Assembly: GCA_964234715.1 (NCBI GenBank) | Contig: OZ174279.1 | DNA: 64,000 bases | Reading direction: 5' to 3' (one strand) | Source of the DNA: Podarcis melisellensis | Taxonomy: Eukaryota | Shown: positions 1 to 12,600 of the stretch, one piece after another | How the letters are laid out: each line of letters opens with the position of its first letter | Numbering within the stretch: the stretch's first letter is position 1 | The notes under the pieces: model-generated | Database searches by the model: none | Told to the model about the DNA's origin: nothing | What the model saw: the letters and a program-made list of their open reading frames with translations, nothing else | Translations under genes and position numbers: made by a program

Positions 1-1012
1 TCTCAACCCTGAAGGCCTTTTGCTCTTACGTGTGCTTTTGGTGGAGGATGAGTTACTCTTGGTCCTGGAGTGTCCATTGGTGGTTTTGTGGTGAACCACT
101 GGCACAGGGCTATTGGATAGCCAGCCGTCCTTGGCATTCTCCACATGGGTCTTGTCAACAGGTTGCATGTTATAGCTCCCCTTGCTTTTCCCTGAAGCCT
201 GGAGGTGGTTCTCTGCCTTCAGTCTTGCTTCTTGGTCATTCATTTCAGTATCCGGGTGCAAAGAGGCTTTGGAGCTGCACTGCAAGGCATTCTCTTTGTC
301 TGCTCTCCTAGGGGAGTTGGTGGTGAAGCCTGGCTCTCGTGTTTCCTCTGGGAAAGCTTTAAAAGTGTTCTTCTGGGAGCCCACCAGACCGTCTTCACTC
401 ATGTGCATGTTTGTTGCTTTCACAGCATTGTAGCCTCCCAGCAAAGCTCTATTTTGCACCTGGTCTTTGTCATCCTCACCTTTCCTACCCCCCATCTCTT
501 GGTCACTACCAAGGGCTTGGCCTTCCAGACTTTTAGCAGAGTGATGGGAATTGGAAGCAGTGAGGTATCCTTGAGAGGGACTGTCCCTGGGACTTGCAGA
601 ACTTGTTCTAACGCTAGGAAGCTCAGGGAAGTCTCTTCGGACAACTGGACTGCAGTTTTCCCTTCTATCTGTAGATTTCAGATCCACAGCCTGCTTCAGG
701 GCATGGCAAAGTTTGCGCAGAGAGCCATGAGACCCTGATTGCTCTGTGTCCAGGGAAGAAGGGAGCTTTGATTCAGAGCAAGAAGTTCCAAGCTCCTGGT
801 TCTCAGTGCGATACTGGCTGCAGCCAGAGCTACAAGTGGACACATCCATGTTTTCTGCTCCAGGTAACTGCTGTCCCTCACAGCCTGTCTGTACTTCAGT
901 GCAAATGTCGTTTAGGACACGGACGAAGTGCTTCTGATGGTACGTGCACAGTCTGACCATAAATTTTTCCAATGGAGATTTCGGCTGGCCAAGACAATCT
1001 GCAGCGTCCTCA
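1..1012 (-). CDS. LCOR: LCOR alternative terminal exon encoding the PALI1 (C10orf12) region; 5' part only, runs off the window edge
   Basis: Acceptor ctctctccctctctctAG (AG at 1014-1013). Phase 2 matches the donor at 27221 (GG|T GAG). The frame 1011->1 is stop-free for 337 codons (checked triplet by triplet): EDAADCLGQPKSPLEKFMVRLCTYHQKHFVRVLNDICTE...KSNSSSTKSTRKSKRPSGLR. This resembles human PALI1 segments as I recall them (KSPLEKFMVKLCTHHQKQFIRVLNDL; RKSKRASGLR). Confidence 0.93.
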
Positions 1013-1346
1013 CTAGAGAGAGGGAGAGAGAATGAATCAGTAAAGTTGGGTAGCAAATCACTTTACACTGCAAATCTTCACAACTCTCTCTCTTTCTGCT
1101 CCCCTACACTGCATGCTCTACGAAGATGGCAGCTCCAATTGTCTACCTAAAATGAGCAGGCAACTAAAGCAAAAGCTCAAGATTATGTTTGTCATTTCTC
1201 CCTTGCCTCCTCATGGCTCACCTATAGCCTCAGTATATTAAACACTGAAAAGTTATTGGGGCAAACCTTGCTTTATCCCTTCACTTTTGTCCTTTAGAAA
1301 GCTTGGTTCTAGGGGAAACCAATCTGAACAAGCTGGAAAACAACTA

Positions 1347-1597
1347 CAGTCATATCTTGGCTTTCAAACGTCTTGTGAGTCGAACATTTTCGGCTCCCGA
1401 ATGTCGCAAACCCAGAAGTGACTGTTCTGGTTTGCAAACTATTTTTGGAACCCAAATGTCTGACGGGGCTTCCATGGCTTCTGATTGGCTGCAGGAGCTT
1501 CCTGCAGCCAATCAGAAGCCACACTTTGGTTTTCGAACGTTTTGGAAGTCAAACGAACTTCCGGAAGAGATTCCATTTGACTTCCAAGGTACGACTG
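1347..1597. mobile_element. Tc1/mariner (Tigger-like) MITE
   Basis: TA flanks at 1345-46 and 1598-99. TIRs CAGTCATATCTTGG / CCAAGGTACGACTG. Internal hairpin with perfect 20-bp arms at 1476-1520. Confidence 0.85.
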
Positions 1598-2613
1598 TAC
1601 CAGATTCTCCATTTCCCTGCAGACATTTCCCTATTTCAGGCAATGAACAGACTGCCATCACTGCTCTGGGAATCTGGCCGAAGGGAAGGCCAAATATCTC
1701 TGTAAGTGATTATCTTCCCAAATTCAGTGCAAGTCCTCAACAGCTTCACAGGGGCAGGAGTTTAGGACAATGAATAGTCTTTACAACAGCTATATATACA
1801 AGATCCTTAACATACTTAGACTTAATAGCCAACCTATAGACAATAGCATTTGCCCTCTCCACATCAGCCACCACAATTCCATAAACATGAAGATTTGAAA
1901 GAGCTGTTTTGAATAATAATTAACTCAACAAGTGTGGAAGGAGGTGGCAGCCCTGAGGACAGCAAGGGGCTGGGGGATGGCAGCTGGAGTGTTTGAGAAC
2001 AGCAAAGCATCAATAAACATCCCTATCAATCTTTTCCCTCCTGCCCCCAAAGTAGGTAGCCAGGTTCTGATTTATATATAACTTATATAATCCAGTGGCT
2101 AGGCTGCTGGTAGAGAAGATACATCATCCTAGAGAGTGAGCAGTATTATCTCTTGACAGCTACTGAATAAAACGATCAACCTTTCTGTCTTTGGGAAGTG
2201 CATGAAAAATTATTCACTCTCACTCATTATTGAACTCAGGAGGGGCACTTCTGAAGCGGTTCATATGTTAATGGCAAGCTAGGTGACAAGGTCTTGTGCT
2301 CATGTTTTCCTCCTCCTTGTGCCCCACTTCAGTTAGTTACTTCCTCTTTAGGACAAATCACAGTTTGCCATCACATCTAATCTGGCAAACTGTGGTTCAC
2401 ACCAATCCTCCAAGCAGGAATACAAACAAGTTTTGAACCATAGTGTGCAATCTTGGAGAGCAAGCACAGAAGCCATAGTTTGTGCTCTGATGAAATGGCA
2501 TCTGAACAGAGGAGAGCTATGGGACAATTGTGTGTGCTAAAGAGAAGGAAACTAACTGAACCTGAGTATGGGAGGGAATAGAGTTGTGTGTCAACACAAA
2601 GCTTGTTCAAATA

Positions 2614-2854
2614 CAGTCAAACCCCGTTTGTCGAATGCAATCCGTTCCGGAAGCCCGTTTGGCTTCTGAAATATTCGACAACCAAGGTGCAGCTTTCGAT
2701 TGGTTACAGGAGCTTCCTGCACTCAAGCGGAAGCCGCACCGGATGTTTGGCTTCCGAAAAACGTTCAAAAAACAGAGCATTTACTTCTGGGTTTTCAGCG
2801 TTCAGGAGCCAAAACATTCCAAAATGGAGGTGTTCAGGATCCGAGGTTTGACTA
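2614..2854. mobile_element. Tc1/mariner MITE related to 1347-1597
   Basis: TA flanks. TIRs CAGTCAAACCCCG / CGAGGTTTGACTA. Shares the core GATTGG..CAGGAGCTTCCTGCA with the copy at 1347. Confidence 0.8.
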
Positions 2855-4253
2855 TAGTAGCAAACCATGTCTGAACGGAGCCACTATTAGAAGCTGGCTA
2901 CTGATTCCAACGAAAAAGCATTCACATTAGTTTCTTATCAGGATTGCTCAGGCCTATCTCTCACAAATGAGGGAATACTCCTGTTTCTCAGCTGTACCAT
3001 TGCAGATTTCTGTTAGGGGCTCAACAAGATTGAATGCTCTTCCATTTGAAAAAATGCATAGAAAACTAGATGGCTAGGAGAAGCATCCTTGCCTTTCTCT
3101 CTAACATGTTAGATTTCTATGTGTATTTCTTTTGAATGGAATAGCATTCAATCACTTTAAATCTCTAACCATTTACTGAAGTGGTACAGTCCAAACACAG
3201 GATTGCCACATGAGACAACTAGAGCTCAGATTGCCTGAAGTAGAACCTTATACTCTTATTTTGTAGCTTCTCTTTACCTGAGCTCTAATTGTTGGGTACA
3301 TAAACCTCATATCTGAATATTTTGCAAGCCCACATAATCCATGGAAACTTCCTTTCCAGCTCATTCATAAACAGTGTTTGCCAATCTCTGAATCAGAATG
3401 GAATTAAGTATCTTAAGTAAATATATAATTGTTCAGTCCAATACATATTCAAATGCATGCATAGGACATCATCCTAGAAAACAGGTTTTTTTCAATCTAG
3501 TTTACTAATTATACTGAGATGTCAAATCAACATTCAATTATGATGTCAATCAAGCAGTTCCACAGAAAGAATCAATGGAAAAAGTGACCGAACTAATGAT
3601 GTAAACCAAGCTTTCCATTCGGTTATTTGAACTATCCTTGAGAAAGTCAGGCAAACTTAACAACTATCGTCAGTAAGCTAAAATGATAGAACCTCGGCCT
3701 AACTGAAACCCTGTCACAGTCCAAAGCAAGGGTAACCAACGTGGTACCTGTTGTTGAACTATAACTCCCATCAACTTCAGCCAGCATGAGCAGTTGTCAG
3801 GACAGCAGCCATATTTAAGTACTTAAACTGGGCTATAAAGATCCTGGATAGAGTATGGCTTCTCAACAGCATTCCCCTGGGTTCTGTTCAATCACTGTTG
3901 GGCTTTCTTTCGTTTGTTAAATTAACTGGAAACTTAAAGGACCAACACACCAGCATATTTAACTGAGAGTCACGTTGATTTTAATGGAACTTGCTTCCAA
4001 GTAAGTATGCTTAGGATTGCAGTCTCAAGAGGCCAAATAAAAGGTGAACTGTGCTTATTAAGGTCACTTCTTAGACCTGTTTATTGAGCATTCATCCTAT
4101 TTTTTGTTAGCAAAAAGCTTGCAAGGAGGTTAGACAGCATCATTATGATTTGTTTAAAGGGAGTTTACACAATTTTACATCAAGCAATTGTTACCCCCCC
4201 CCCATTTTCACAGTACTTTCCTCATCACAAAAGGTCTAGTTTTGTGGAAAACA

Positions 4254-4254
4254 C

Positions 4255-4300
<46 letters not shown>
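4254..4300. repeat. (TAA)n microsatellite, tail of the adjacent LINE 3' end
   Basis: Directly visible TAA tandem array. Confidence 0.95.
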
Positions 4301-4305
<5 letters not shown>

Positions 4306-4362
4306 TTTTTATTTATGCCCTGCCCTCCCCAGCCAAGACCGGGCTCAGGGTGGCTAACACCA
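4301..4362 (-). mobile_element. L2-type LINE 3' end remnant
   Basis: Reverse complement of the 3' terminus seen at 50905-50975 (agccgccctgagcc...gggagggcgggatataaataaaatt followed by a TTA tail). Confidence 0.6.
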
Positions 4363-7300
4363 GGTAAAAACAATTGATTAAAATACAACTTAAAAACAAG
4401 ATTAAGTAATCTGATGTACAAGAGCATCAAATCAACCACATTTGTGCTCCTTGATTTGGCAGTATGTGACTGAACCCCACCTGAAAATAGCAACAGTCTA
4501 GCAGCACCTCAAGATCATTTAATAGTTAGTTTTTAAAATGAACAAGGGATGTACTCATGACATTTCACTGAGTCTGGTCCAGACACTGCAGTCAAAAGGT
4601 TTCTTAGCAACCATTAGGATACAGGTAGGGTTCCCCGCTAGGTCACAACCTGCAGAACCTTCTCATCTCTTGGGTAGAGCCACAGCCATTAAACAGGATT
4701 CAGCTGTGGCTTTTCCTGTTTCTCCTCCTAGGCCTCTTACGCACCCTCCACCCCCAGCTGCTGTGTGTCAAAACAAGAGTTTCTCTGGCTGCAGCAGGTG
4801 GGGGAAGTGTGAGTGTGGAAACTGAAGCTGCATCCTCCTTCAGAGCTGCAGCAATATTAAAGTAACAAAAGGATTCACATGGTTGTCGCCTGGCAAGCCT
4901 TGATGCATGTAGGGATGTCAAATCTGGATCTTGATCAGCTAAACTCACACACTGCAGAAGAACTCCCATTTATGTAAGAACAAAAGAACATTCAAAATGG
5001 TGGTTGTTGCATATGCTTGTTTGCAGATAAAGTAACTCTTTGCAGGATCCACTTTTCCAAAACTCTTGAGAGCCTCCAGCTTGCATAGATTTTCCTGCAC
5101 ATTTTTTTAAAATACGAACTTTAAAAAATCCCAGTATAAACACATCTTTCATTGGAAATTGCGGGTAGTTTATTTTTGCTATCCTTTTTTATTACTTTAC
5201 CTTGTTGATCTGACACATCTTAGCCTCTATAAAGCCCCCCCCCCATTCATCAAGGAGCTCTGTTCCTCTTCTGTTGTGCAAATAATTTTAAGAGCCTGGA
5301 GGTCACCCGCAACAGATTTCACCTCTCTGCCTACTGACTTTGGGGCTCTTATAGCACCTGCCACAGCTTTCCCCAGGGCAGCCATCATTGCTTCTTATTC
5401 CAGTTTGTCACTAAGTACGAGAGAGAGAAATCAAGGGGCAGTAGCTGTCATTTGTTCAAACACAACTGTTGCCATGCAACAGTCACAGTGCCACAATTAA
5501 TGCTTTTCAGATTTTGCTCTGCAGTGCAGCTATTTGCATAGCTGGATGCTGAAACATGTCTATTTGCACAGAGCTGTCACTGGCTGGTGTTCTGTTCTCA
5601 ATTAGTATGTGTGCACAAATCCCTACATGCACATATACAGTCTGTTTGTTGTTGTTGTTGTTTTGTTTTCTTCTGAAGGATGCACACAGGCTGCTAAAGA
5701 ACATTTTAAAATTTCTGAGCAATGCTGGTGATTTTTAGGGTGGGGGCAGGAGATTAGCTACAATAGCAAACAACAGTAATCTTCAACTTGTAGGGATTTG
5801 GAGGGTTTACCTGAGAAATGTAGTTCTTGAAGTTCAGGCCATTCAGTTTGGCCCCTATTTGTATAACCACCAAAATCTTCTACTTAACACACAAAACACC
5901 CCCCTATTTCCCACTTCCTTAATATGACCAAAAAGGATGCATGTTCCCCAGCTACAGAACAGACTGTTTGGAATCCATCTAATTGAGCTGCTGTATATCC
6001 AAATAAGAGGGGTGCGTGTGACCCAATTAATCACCCACTGCCTCCCAAGTTTCCTTTCCATCTCCATTTAGCCCCCTGGTAAATCAGTTTGACAGAGTAT
6101 AAGTTTACAGGTATGTTTTGTACCTCAGAGGCACAAGAAGAAGCAGCAGAACAAAAGTTCAAGGCTAAGTGTTTCTGTTCCTTTCAGATCACTCTAAGCA
6201 CCACGATTATAGCTCTGTAAAAAAAACAAGACATAGCTATAAACTTATAAAACCCAGCCCTGGTTTTTTTTTATACATCAAGAGGGAGACTGTTCTCTCC
6301 CTCTCCCTCATGCTTTTCAGCAGCCAACTCACAAAACAGATTATCAGCAGCAGAAGTCCCAGCACCCAGCTGTAGCAGAACTTCCTCTCCCCTTCAGACT
6401 GAGGGGGCAACAAAAACCAAGGAGTTTGAATGGACAAGATGGACATGGTTTTGAGCCTGGGATGCAGAGGCTTTAGAAAGGTCAGTGAAGAAGTGACACA
6501 TCACCTCTGTGCAGAAACACCCCTTATGAACAGTGGTCCAGACCTCCTCATAGCAGCCCAAAAAACACAGGTGGTTAGTTTGAAAAACTGCAGCCCACAC
6601 CTGGATGGGCTGAGGAAGAAGAAAAACACACTAGTTCCACCCTTAAATGCATTTCCAGAACACCAATAATGTCTTTTAATCCTGAATGAATCTCTTGCGG
6701 ATGATTTTTTAAAAAGGGGGAGACCCACTTCAAACTGAATAAAATTTTCCATCGATGTGTTTTTTTTCATGCAGAAAATGCAACCAAGAAACAAAACTAA
6801 GGCCAGTTTGTGTTGCCTGTGTTGTCTCAGGCTGGCTAGTTTATGAATCAGAACAACAAAAGCATTGGCTATAATCTGGAACAAGTCCTGTGCTTCCACC
6901 CATTTGTCACCCAATGCAGGGTGGTTGGCAGAAATTAGTCTACTCTGAACACACAAGGAAATCTGAGCCAGAAAAAAAATAGTTTATGAATCAAGGGGCT
7001 TGTAAAGAGGAGGGGTAGATTTTGTACACAATTCTAAAAAAGCCAAATACATAGGCAATCAAACCTACAAGTCCCTTGATTTTCTTTGTTTTTGATGATG
7101 TCTTTTGGATTAATATATTCTATATGGGAGAGCAAGGCAGAATTTTAGCCCTTCAGAGTATGGAATTTTGGAAGTACTATACATTTTTTAAAAGCAACCT
7201 TCTTCACTATCTGAATCCAATCAAGTTAGGTAAAGAAGCCTCTGCAACCTATATCAAGGGTACCTGATCTGTGCATTTTATTTCTTTCCAGAGCGTTCTG

Positions 7301-8850
7301 CTCTCCTTCCCACCCACCCACCCACCCTCACCCACCCACTTTCCCCCATACAACATTTTAATCACCAGCTGTGACGCATCTAACAACCTTCTTGTGGCTA
7401 ATTGAAAAACGTTATCATTCAGTCCATCCCTTTTAAACCAGGGGAGATTTATCATGCTGAAACATTAACCCACGTACTGCTTTCATTTCAAGGGCTTTTC
7501 ACAATGGTCCTTGCTAATTTTTCTGATTATCAAGGACGTTGGGGAGCTTTTCTTCCTCTTCCCCCCACCCCGGGTGAATGCATGGTGTTCCTGCCGCTGA
7601 TGGTACAAACACCACTCACTCACTTAACAGCTGGGTGTCGTGGCAGCCACCACGGCCACCTTTATAAAATAAAAACACAAATAAGAGCTTGCAAACTTAT
7701 GAATTGATGAAAGGCTTTGAACATGAAACTCAAACCCAGGAAAAAGAATCTTCTAATCCAACAATTCCAGGGCTCTGAGAATGATCTCTGTAGCTAGGAA
7801 ATAGAAGCCCCAAGCTACAGAGGGCTACCTGACCAAGGCCACTTCTACTACATTAAAAGGTTATTACTGTGCGGGTTTATATAAGTCTCGATTTTACTAC
7901 ACTCTATGAACAGAAGATACCATTCATTCGCTTAGCACAAGTTCATACATCAAATCCACCGAGTTATCTTAAAAACTTCAGGTGAGGATATCAACCAATC
8001 ATTAGAAAATGGATGAGCATCTTTAAAACATCACATGATGCCTGTATCCTGTGCAAACAGAAGTTTTTAAGAGAAGATAAATATATGGATAACATAATGA
8101 ATTGCTCTTATGTGAGTAAAGCATTTGTTATTTATATAGATTTATATGCTAGCCTCATATTACTTATTATAACCCAGCCTAGAACTATGGCAAACAAAGC
8201 AGATAAGAATACAAATAAATAAAATCATACGGTAGCTAAGGGTATAATCTGGGGTTCTCAGTGCAAAACAATGGGCAATGCAGCACTCTCAGGCACCTGA
8301 CTTGGTGCCCCCCAATCCTCCTCTTAATTTTTTAAAATTTAGTTTTTTAGCTTCTTGGAGAATGTTGACTGTGTTTTTTTCTGTGTTTTATTTGCTTGGG
8401 GTGTACAGTGTTATGTCTGTGTTTTTGGGAGGGGGGTTCACAGCATCTCCAGTTTTTTCTTGTGTGAAACTGGCACTTTATAGTGGCTACAGCAGTTTAT
8501 TCAATTTCCAAACGTGCCCCTTGACAAATAAAAGTTGAAGAGTCCTACAAATGCCTTGAGTTGTCTCTCATGATTAAGGCTACCCACTCTAGACAAAAGG
8601 CACCATCAGTGCAGTGGCATAGGAAGGGGGTGCAGTGGGTGTGGGCCGCCCCGAGTGTCATCACTGAGGGGGTGACAAAGTGGCAAAAATATGTGTTTCT
8701 GGGTCACTACTGGGTGTGCCGCAATGCTCAGTCGTGCACATATTGAACGTGTGTAAATGGGGGCTGCCTGTACTGTACACACACAGCCACAGCGCCCCCC
8801 CCCCAACACCAGTATCTACTTACTTCTGCATAGAATAGGATCTTAAGACC

Positions 8851-9665
8851 ACTGCCATGGTTGCCAGTTCATTTCCAGGCCCAATTCAATGTGTTCATGT
8901 TAGTGTTTAAAACTGTAAACAACACAGGCCCCAATTTTCTGAAAGACTGCCTCATTCCCTATAGACCACGGGTAGGCAAACTAAGGCCCGCGGGCCGGAT
9001 AACCCATCTGCCTTCTGGATCCAGGAATCGCAGCATGGATTGCCAGCGCGTTTGTTCTTTCCCTCTCTCTCTCTCCGTCCCCCTCACATGGCGGCGTCAG
9101 TGGCACCTCCTCCCTCCCTCCTCCTGGCTTCTCCCCACCCTGCCTAGAGGAGGAAAGGAGCTGGGCTTTGTTGGTGCCAGCAGCAGCAGTGCTTGAGCGG
9201 CCGCCATTTTAAGCAGCCCCTCTCCAGAGCCCCTTGGCGCGCTGCTCATCGTCCCCCCGTTGCCGCCAGCCCCTGCCGCTCACAAGACACAGTTAAGCAG
9301 CCACCGGGGCTCGTGGTGCTCTTGCATCATTCCCCCCCCCAAAAAAAATATGGTCCAGCCCCCCCCCAAGGTCTGAGGGGCAGTGGACCAGCCCCCTGCT
9401 GAAAAAGTTTGCTGACCCCTGCTATAGACTGTCTCAGGTGCAGCAACTGGTGGGCGGTGTGGCAGCCTCAGAGAGGGCCTTCTCTGTGGTGGCCCCTAAG
9501 TACTCCTTCCCCAGAGGTGTGTCTGGCACCTCTTTACCCTGACCTTTGACACTTGAGGTGTATATCTTAAGATGGATCTTATTTTGTCATTTTAAGTTGT
9601 CTTAAACAGTTTTTGATGTGTTTTCAATGTTTTAACCCACCCTGGGACCTTAGATGAAGTGCAAG
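8851..9665 (+). mobile_element. L2 LINE 3' fragment interrupted by a hAT MITE
   Basis: Decayed L2 ORF2 C-terminus (WLPVHFQAQFNVFMLVFKTVNNTGPNFLKDCL). It resumes after 9429 with agagggccttctctgtggtggcccct and a 3' end aacccaccctgggacc. Confidence 0.7.
8967..9421. mobile_element. hAT (Charlie-like) non-autonomous DNA transposon
   Basis: Perfect 8-bp TSD CTATAGAC (8959-8966 and 9422-9429). Termini CACGGGTAGGCAAACT / AGTTTGCTGACCCCTG. GC-rich interior. Confidence 0.88.
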
Positions 9666-12600
9666 AATCCATCCATCCATCCACGAGAGTACCAGTAGAC
9701 ATGACTGCAGCAGAACCAAACAGGACAGAGTTCTGCTTTCTTACACAAATTGAAACCAGTGCCAATAGTGGCTAATGGAATCCATATTACTGGGACTATG
9801 CTAGCGTTGACTGAATTCTCTCAGAGAAAAATGCACTATTCAACTCTCGTCCTGGAAATTAGCACCATTTTCAGTGTTGTGTTGCTGAGTAAATTTGATG
9901 TTAAAGTTTATTTACATGCCTGAAACCTCACAATGCTATTTCAAAAGGATTGCGTGTGTGTGTGCATGTGAGTAAAACTAAAGGATTAAAGACAAAGTTA
10001 TAATAAATAAAAGGGCTCAAGGGAAAAGTCACAGCAAGGTGCCTTAGCCAAAGGTAACAGCATGGCATGAAAATCATGCAGAGCCCTCCCTCCTCAGTTG
10101 ACAGGGCAGTGAAGAAGGGAAATCCAGCCTTGACTTACCACCTGTATTATGTTATGTTGAAAGAAGTATATAGAGTTTCTATACTGCTGTGCGATGAATT
10201 GAATGCAAATTATGCTCCTTGCAGCAGATGGAAGGGTGGGGGGGGAGCATAGAAGTTGTTTTTTGCTACCTGAAATAATAGCCACCTGAATTTTCTACTG
10301 CCTGTATTGCTCTTCCCCCTCTTCTCACCCACAGCACAGGAAGCTTTGCTAGTGAAATGAGCTGTTGTTGGGTCTTAAAGTATTTCCAATTAGTTGAATC
10401 AAATATCTGGAGTCTACAGGCAAACACAGAGCTTAGCAATACAGTGAACAGAATGAAGTGCTGCCAGTTACTCTTGTTATGCAGAAATAAGTAGCTATAA
10501 GCATTTTTAACAAAATCACATTATTTGGGCTCGTATACAGGCATTTCAGGCATAGGTAGTACTAGGCCTGCTGTCAGGCTAGTTATTAATACTAACATCA
10601 AATCTTCAGCCTATGTGGCATATTAATCACAAAAGAAAATGGCTCCTCTGCTTGTTCTGCAGCCGGCAGCACCAACTGCTCCCACGCATGACTCACTAAT
10701 AACAGCACACATATTGGGAAGTGAAATCCCACTAAACTCAGTCAGACTTCCTTCCCAGTAAAGGTGTTTAGATTCAGGCTGCTACTGTCAGCACCTCCAG
10801 CTAAACCTATCGTGAGGGCTGCTACATTGAAAGGACTGGACGGTTGTCATTCAAACCGAAATCCACTGGGCAAAAAAATTTTTTTTTTCAAAATCCCATT
10901 TGATTTGCAAAAAATAATTTTAAAAAATCAATGAATTGTTTGGTGATCTAAGGATGTTGGAGGATGTTTGTGCAGGCAAACATGTTTCTTGCTTATACTG
11001 ACCAAAACAGAAAGCATGAATTGTACACCACATCTCTTGGTTCAGTCCCACTTCCTAACTGGGTTCACTGCTGATTTGATAAGCTTGAAAGAAAACAGCC
11101 TAATTAACACAGAGATGAATCCAGACTTCACTTCTGTTGACATGCACATCCTCCTAGCAGAGTCCCACATCAGAGAACACTTTCTCTAGCAGAGTAACTT
11201 CTGCAGATTCCCTCTCCCTCTGCAGCCCCCAGTGCCACTGCCTACACTCTGCCGGAGTACTGGGGGGTACTCGAGAACAACGTGGGAGGTGGCACTGGGA
11301 GCTCCAGCTGATGGAGAAATCTGCAAAGTTGGTTCATCCCATCCACCAGTAGGATCCCTCTGCTGAACCAAAACCCTTCCATGGATTGAGCCAGTCTCTC
11401 TGTCAACAGAAGTTAAAGACAAATTTGCCTATTTCTAGTATGGATTACTTAGCTAAAATACAGTGTATAGATAATTAATTGCACCTGGCCCACCAAGGCT
11501 TTAATTGTACTGTAGTAGTTTTTACCTATATGGATAACCATATACATGGAAAGCCTGGCATTCCCTAGATGTGTATACAAAGGCACATACTGGCATATTT
11601 TTGCTTCCAAAATTCAGACTATTCCTGCAGTAAAGATGGGTAGAAGATCAGAATTTCATCCAGCAATTGAGAGCACAGATTGTTGCCAAAGTAGGTCAGT
11701 TAACTTGAACACTAATTGGTCAGAACTTCCCAGGAAGCAAGTGCCCCCCCCCATGTTATTTAGATGAAAGGTAGAGCTGTTGCCAGTTTTTGTGCATTTG
11801 TTCTTGTGCATCTGGGAAACAACCTGCCCAGACAACCCTCCTGAAAAGAGTCTAAGGAAATCAATAGGTTTCCAATCACTCTCCTAAAACAAAGTTTGGG
11901 AAGGGAAGAAAAGAATACTATGCTTCCAGGTGTTAAGTTAAATGTTTAGGTAAAAGGAAGAATTTCCTTACACCCCCCCAAAAAAAATATGGGGTGCCAC
12001 CATGTTTAGTTAGGGCAATAGGGCAGATCGCCCAATTTCAAAAGCAACTTACACTACCACATTGGATCTGTGAAGGACTGAAGGTTTGAGAGAGGTGAAT
12101 TAGTAAAGGACTGTGTGTAGTAAATGCATATGGGGAATATAGTGATGAAAGAACTCTACTCCAACTTGACAGATCTATATATAAACCACAATTCCCAAGA
12201 TTCTGTGGCATTCTAATGTCACAATGAGAACAAAACTCTGGATGGGGACAGACAAAGGGAAGGAGGGGTAGCTTTAGTTCTCAAAACACTTTCATTGTAT
12301 TTTGTGAGACAAGCTAAATAGTCTACAGTCTGGAACACTGTCAAGAATAGATAGGCAACAGCAGGCTTAGCTCTCAAGCCACTATTGGGCCCCAAGTAGT
12401 TCCCTTTAATTTCTCCTATATAAGTAAATATTGGATGTTCATTGAGAAGGAGGGAAATAAAACATTAAGACTTCTAGCCAGTTTTGCAGTGCAGGCAAAA
12501 TCTTTCACCCCTGGCAATAATAACCTAGTGCCTACTGATACAGAATTGTGGGTGACACCGGGTTGCAAAATACAGCTGCTGCCTACGTACAAAAGAACAA

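Noticed and set aside
205-738. 177-aa plus-strand ORF and neighbouring ORFs at 30-1150
   Set aside because: Antisense or off-frame shadows of the PALI1 coding exon, with no recognisable protein.
1303-1773. 156-aa ORF and the similar ORF at 2584-2874 sharing DWLQELPA
   Set aside because: The similarity comes from two copies of a non-coding MITE.
6601-6609. Possible 9-nt minus-strand microexon (tttttcttcttcctcAG|cccatccag|GTgtgg), phase-compatible with the PALI1 splice
   Set aside because: Weak donor and no supporting evidence. It cannot be distinguished from chance without RNA-seq.
8967-9421. GC/CpG-rich patch as a promoter CpG island
   Set aside because: Bounded by TIRs and an 8-bp TSD, so it is a transposon interior.
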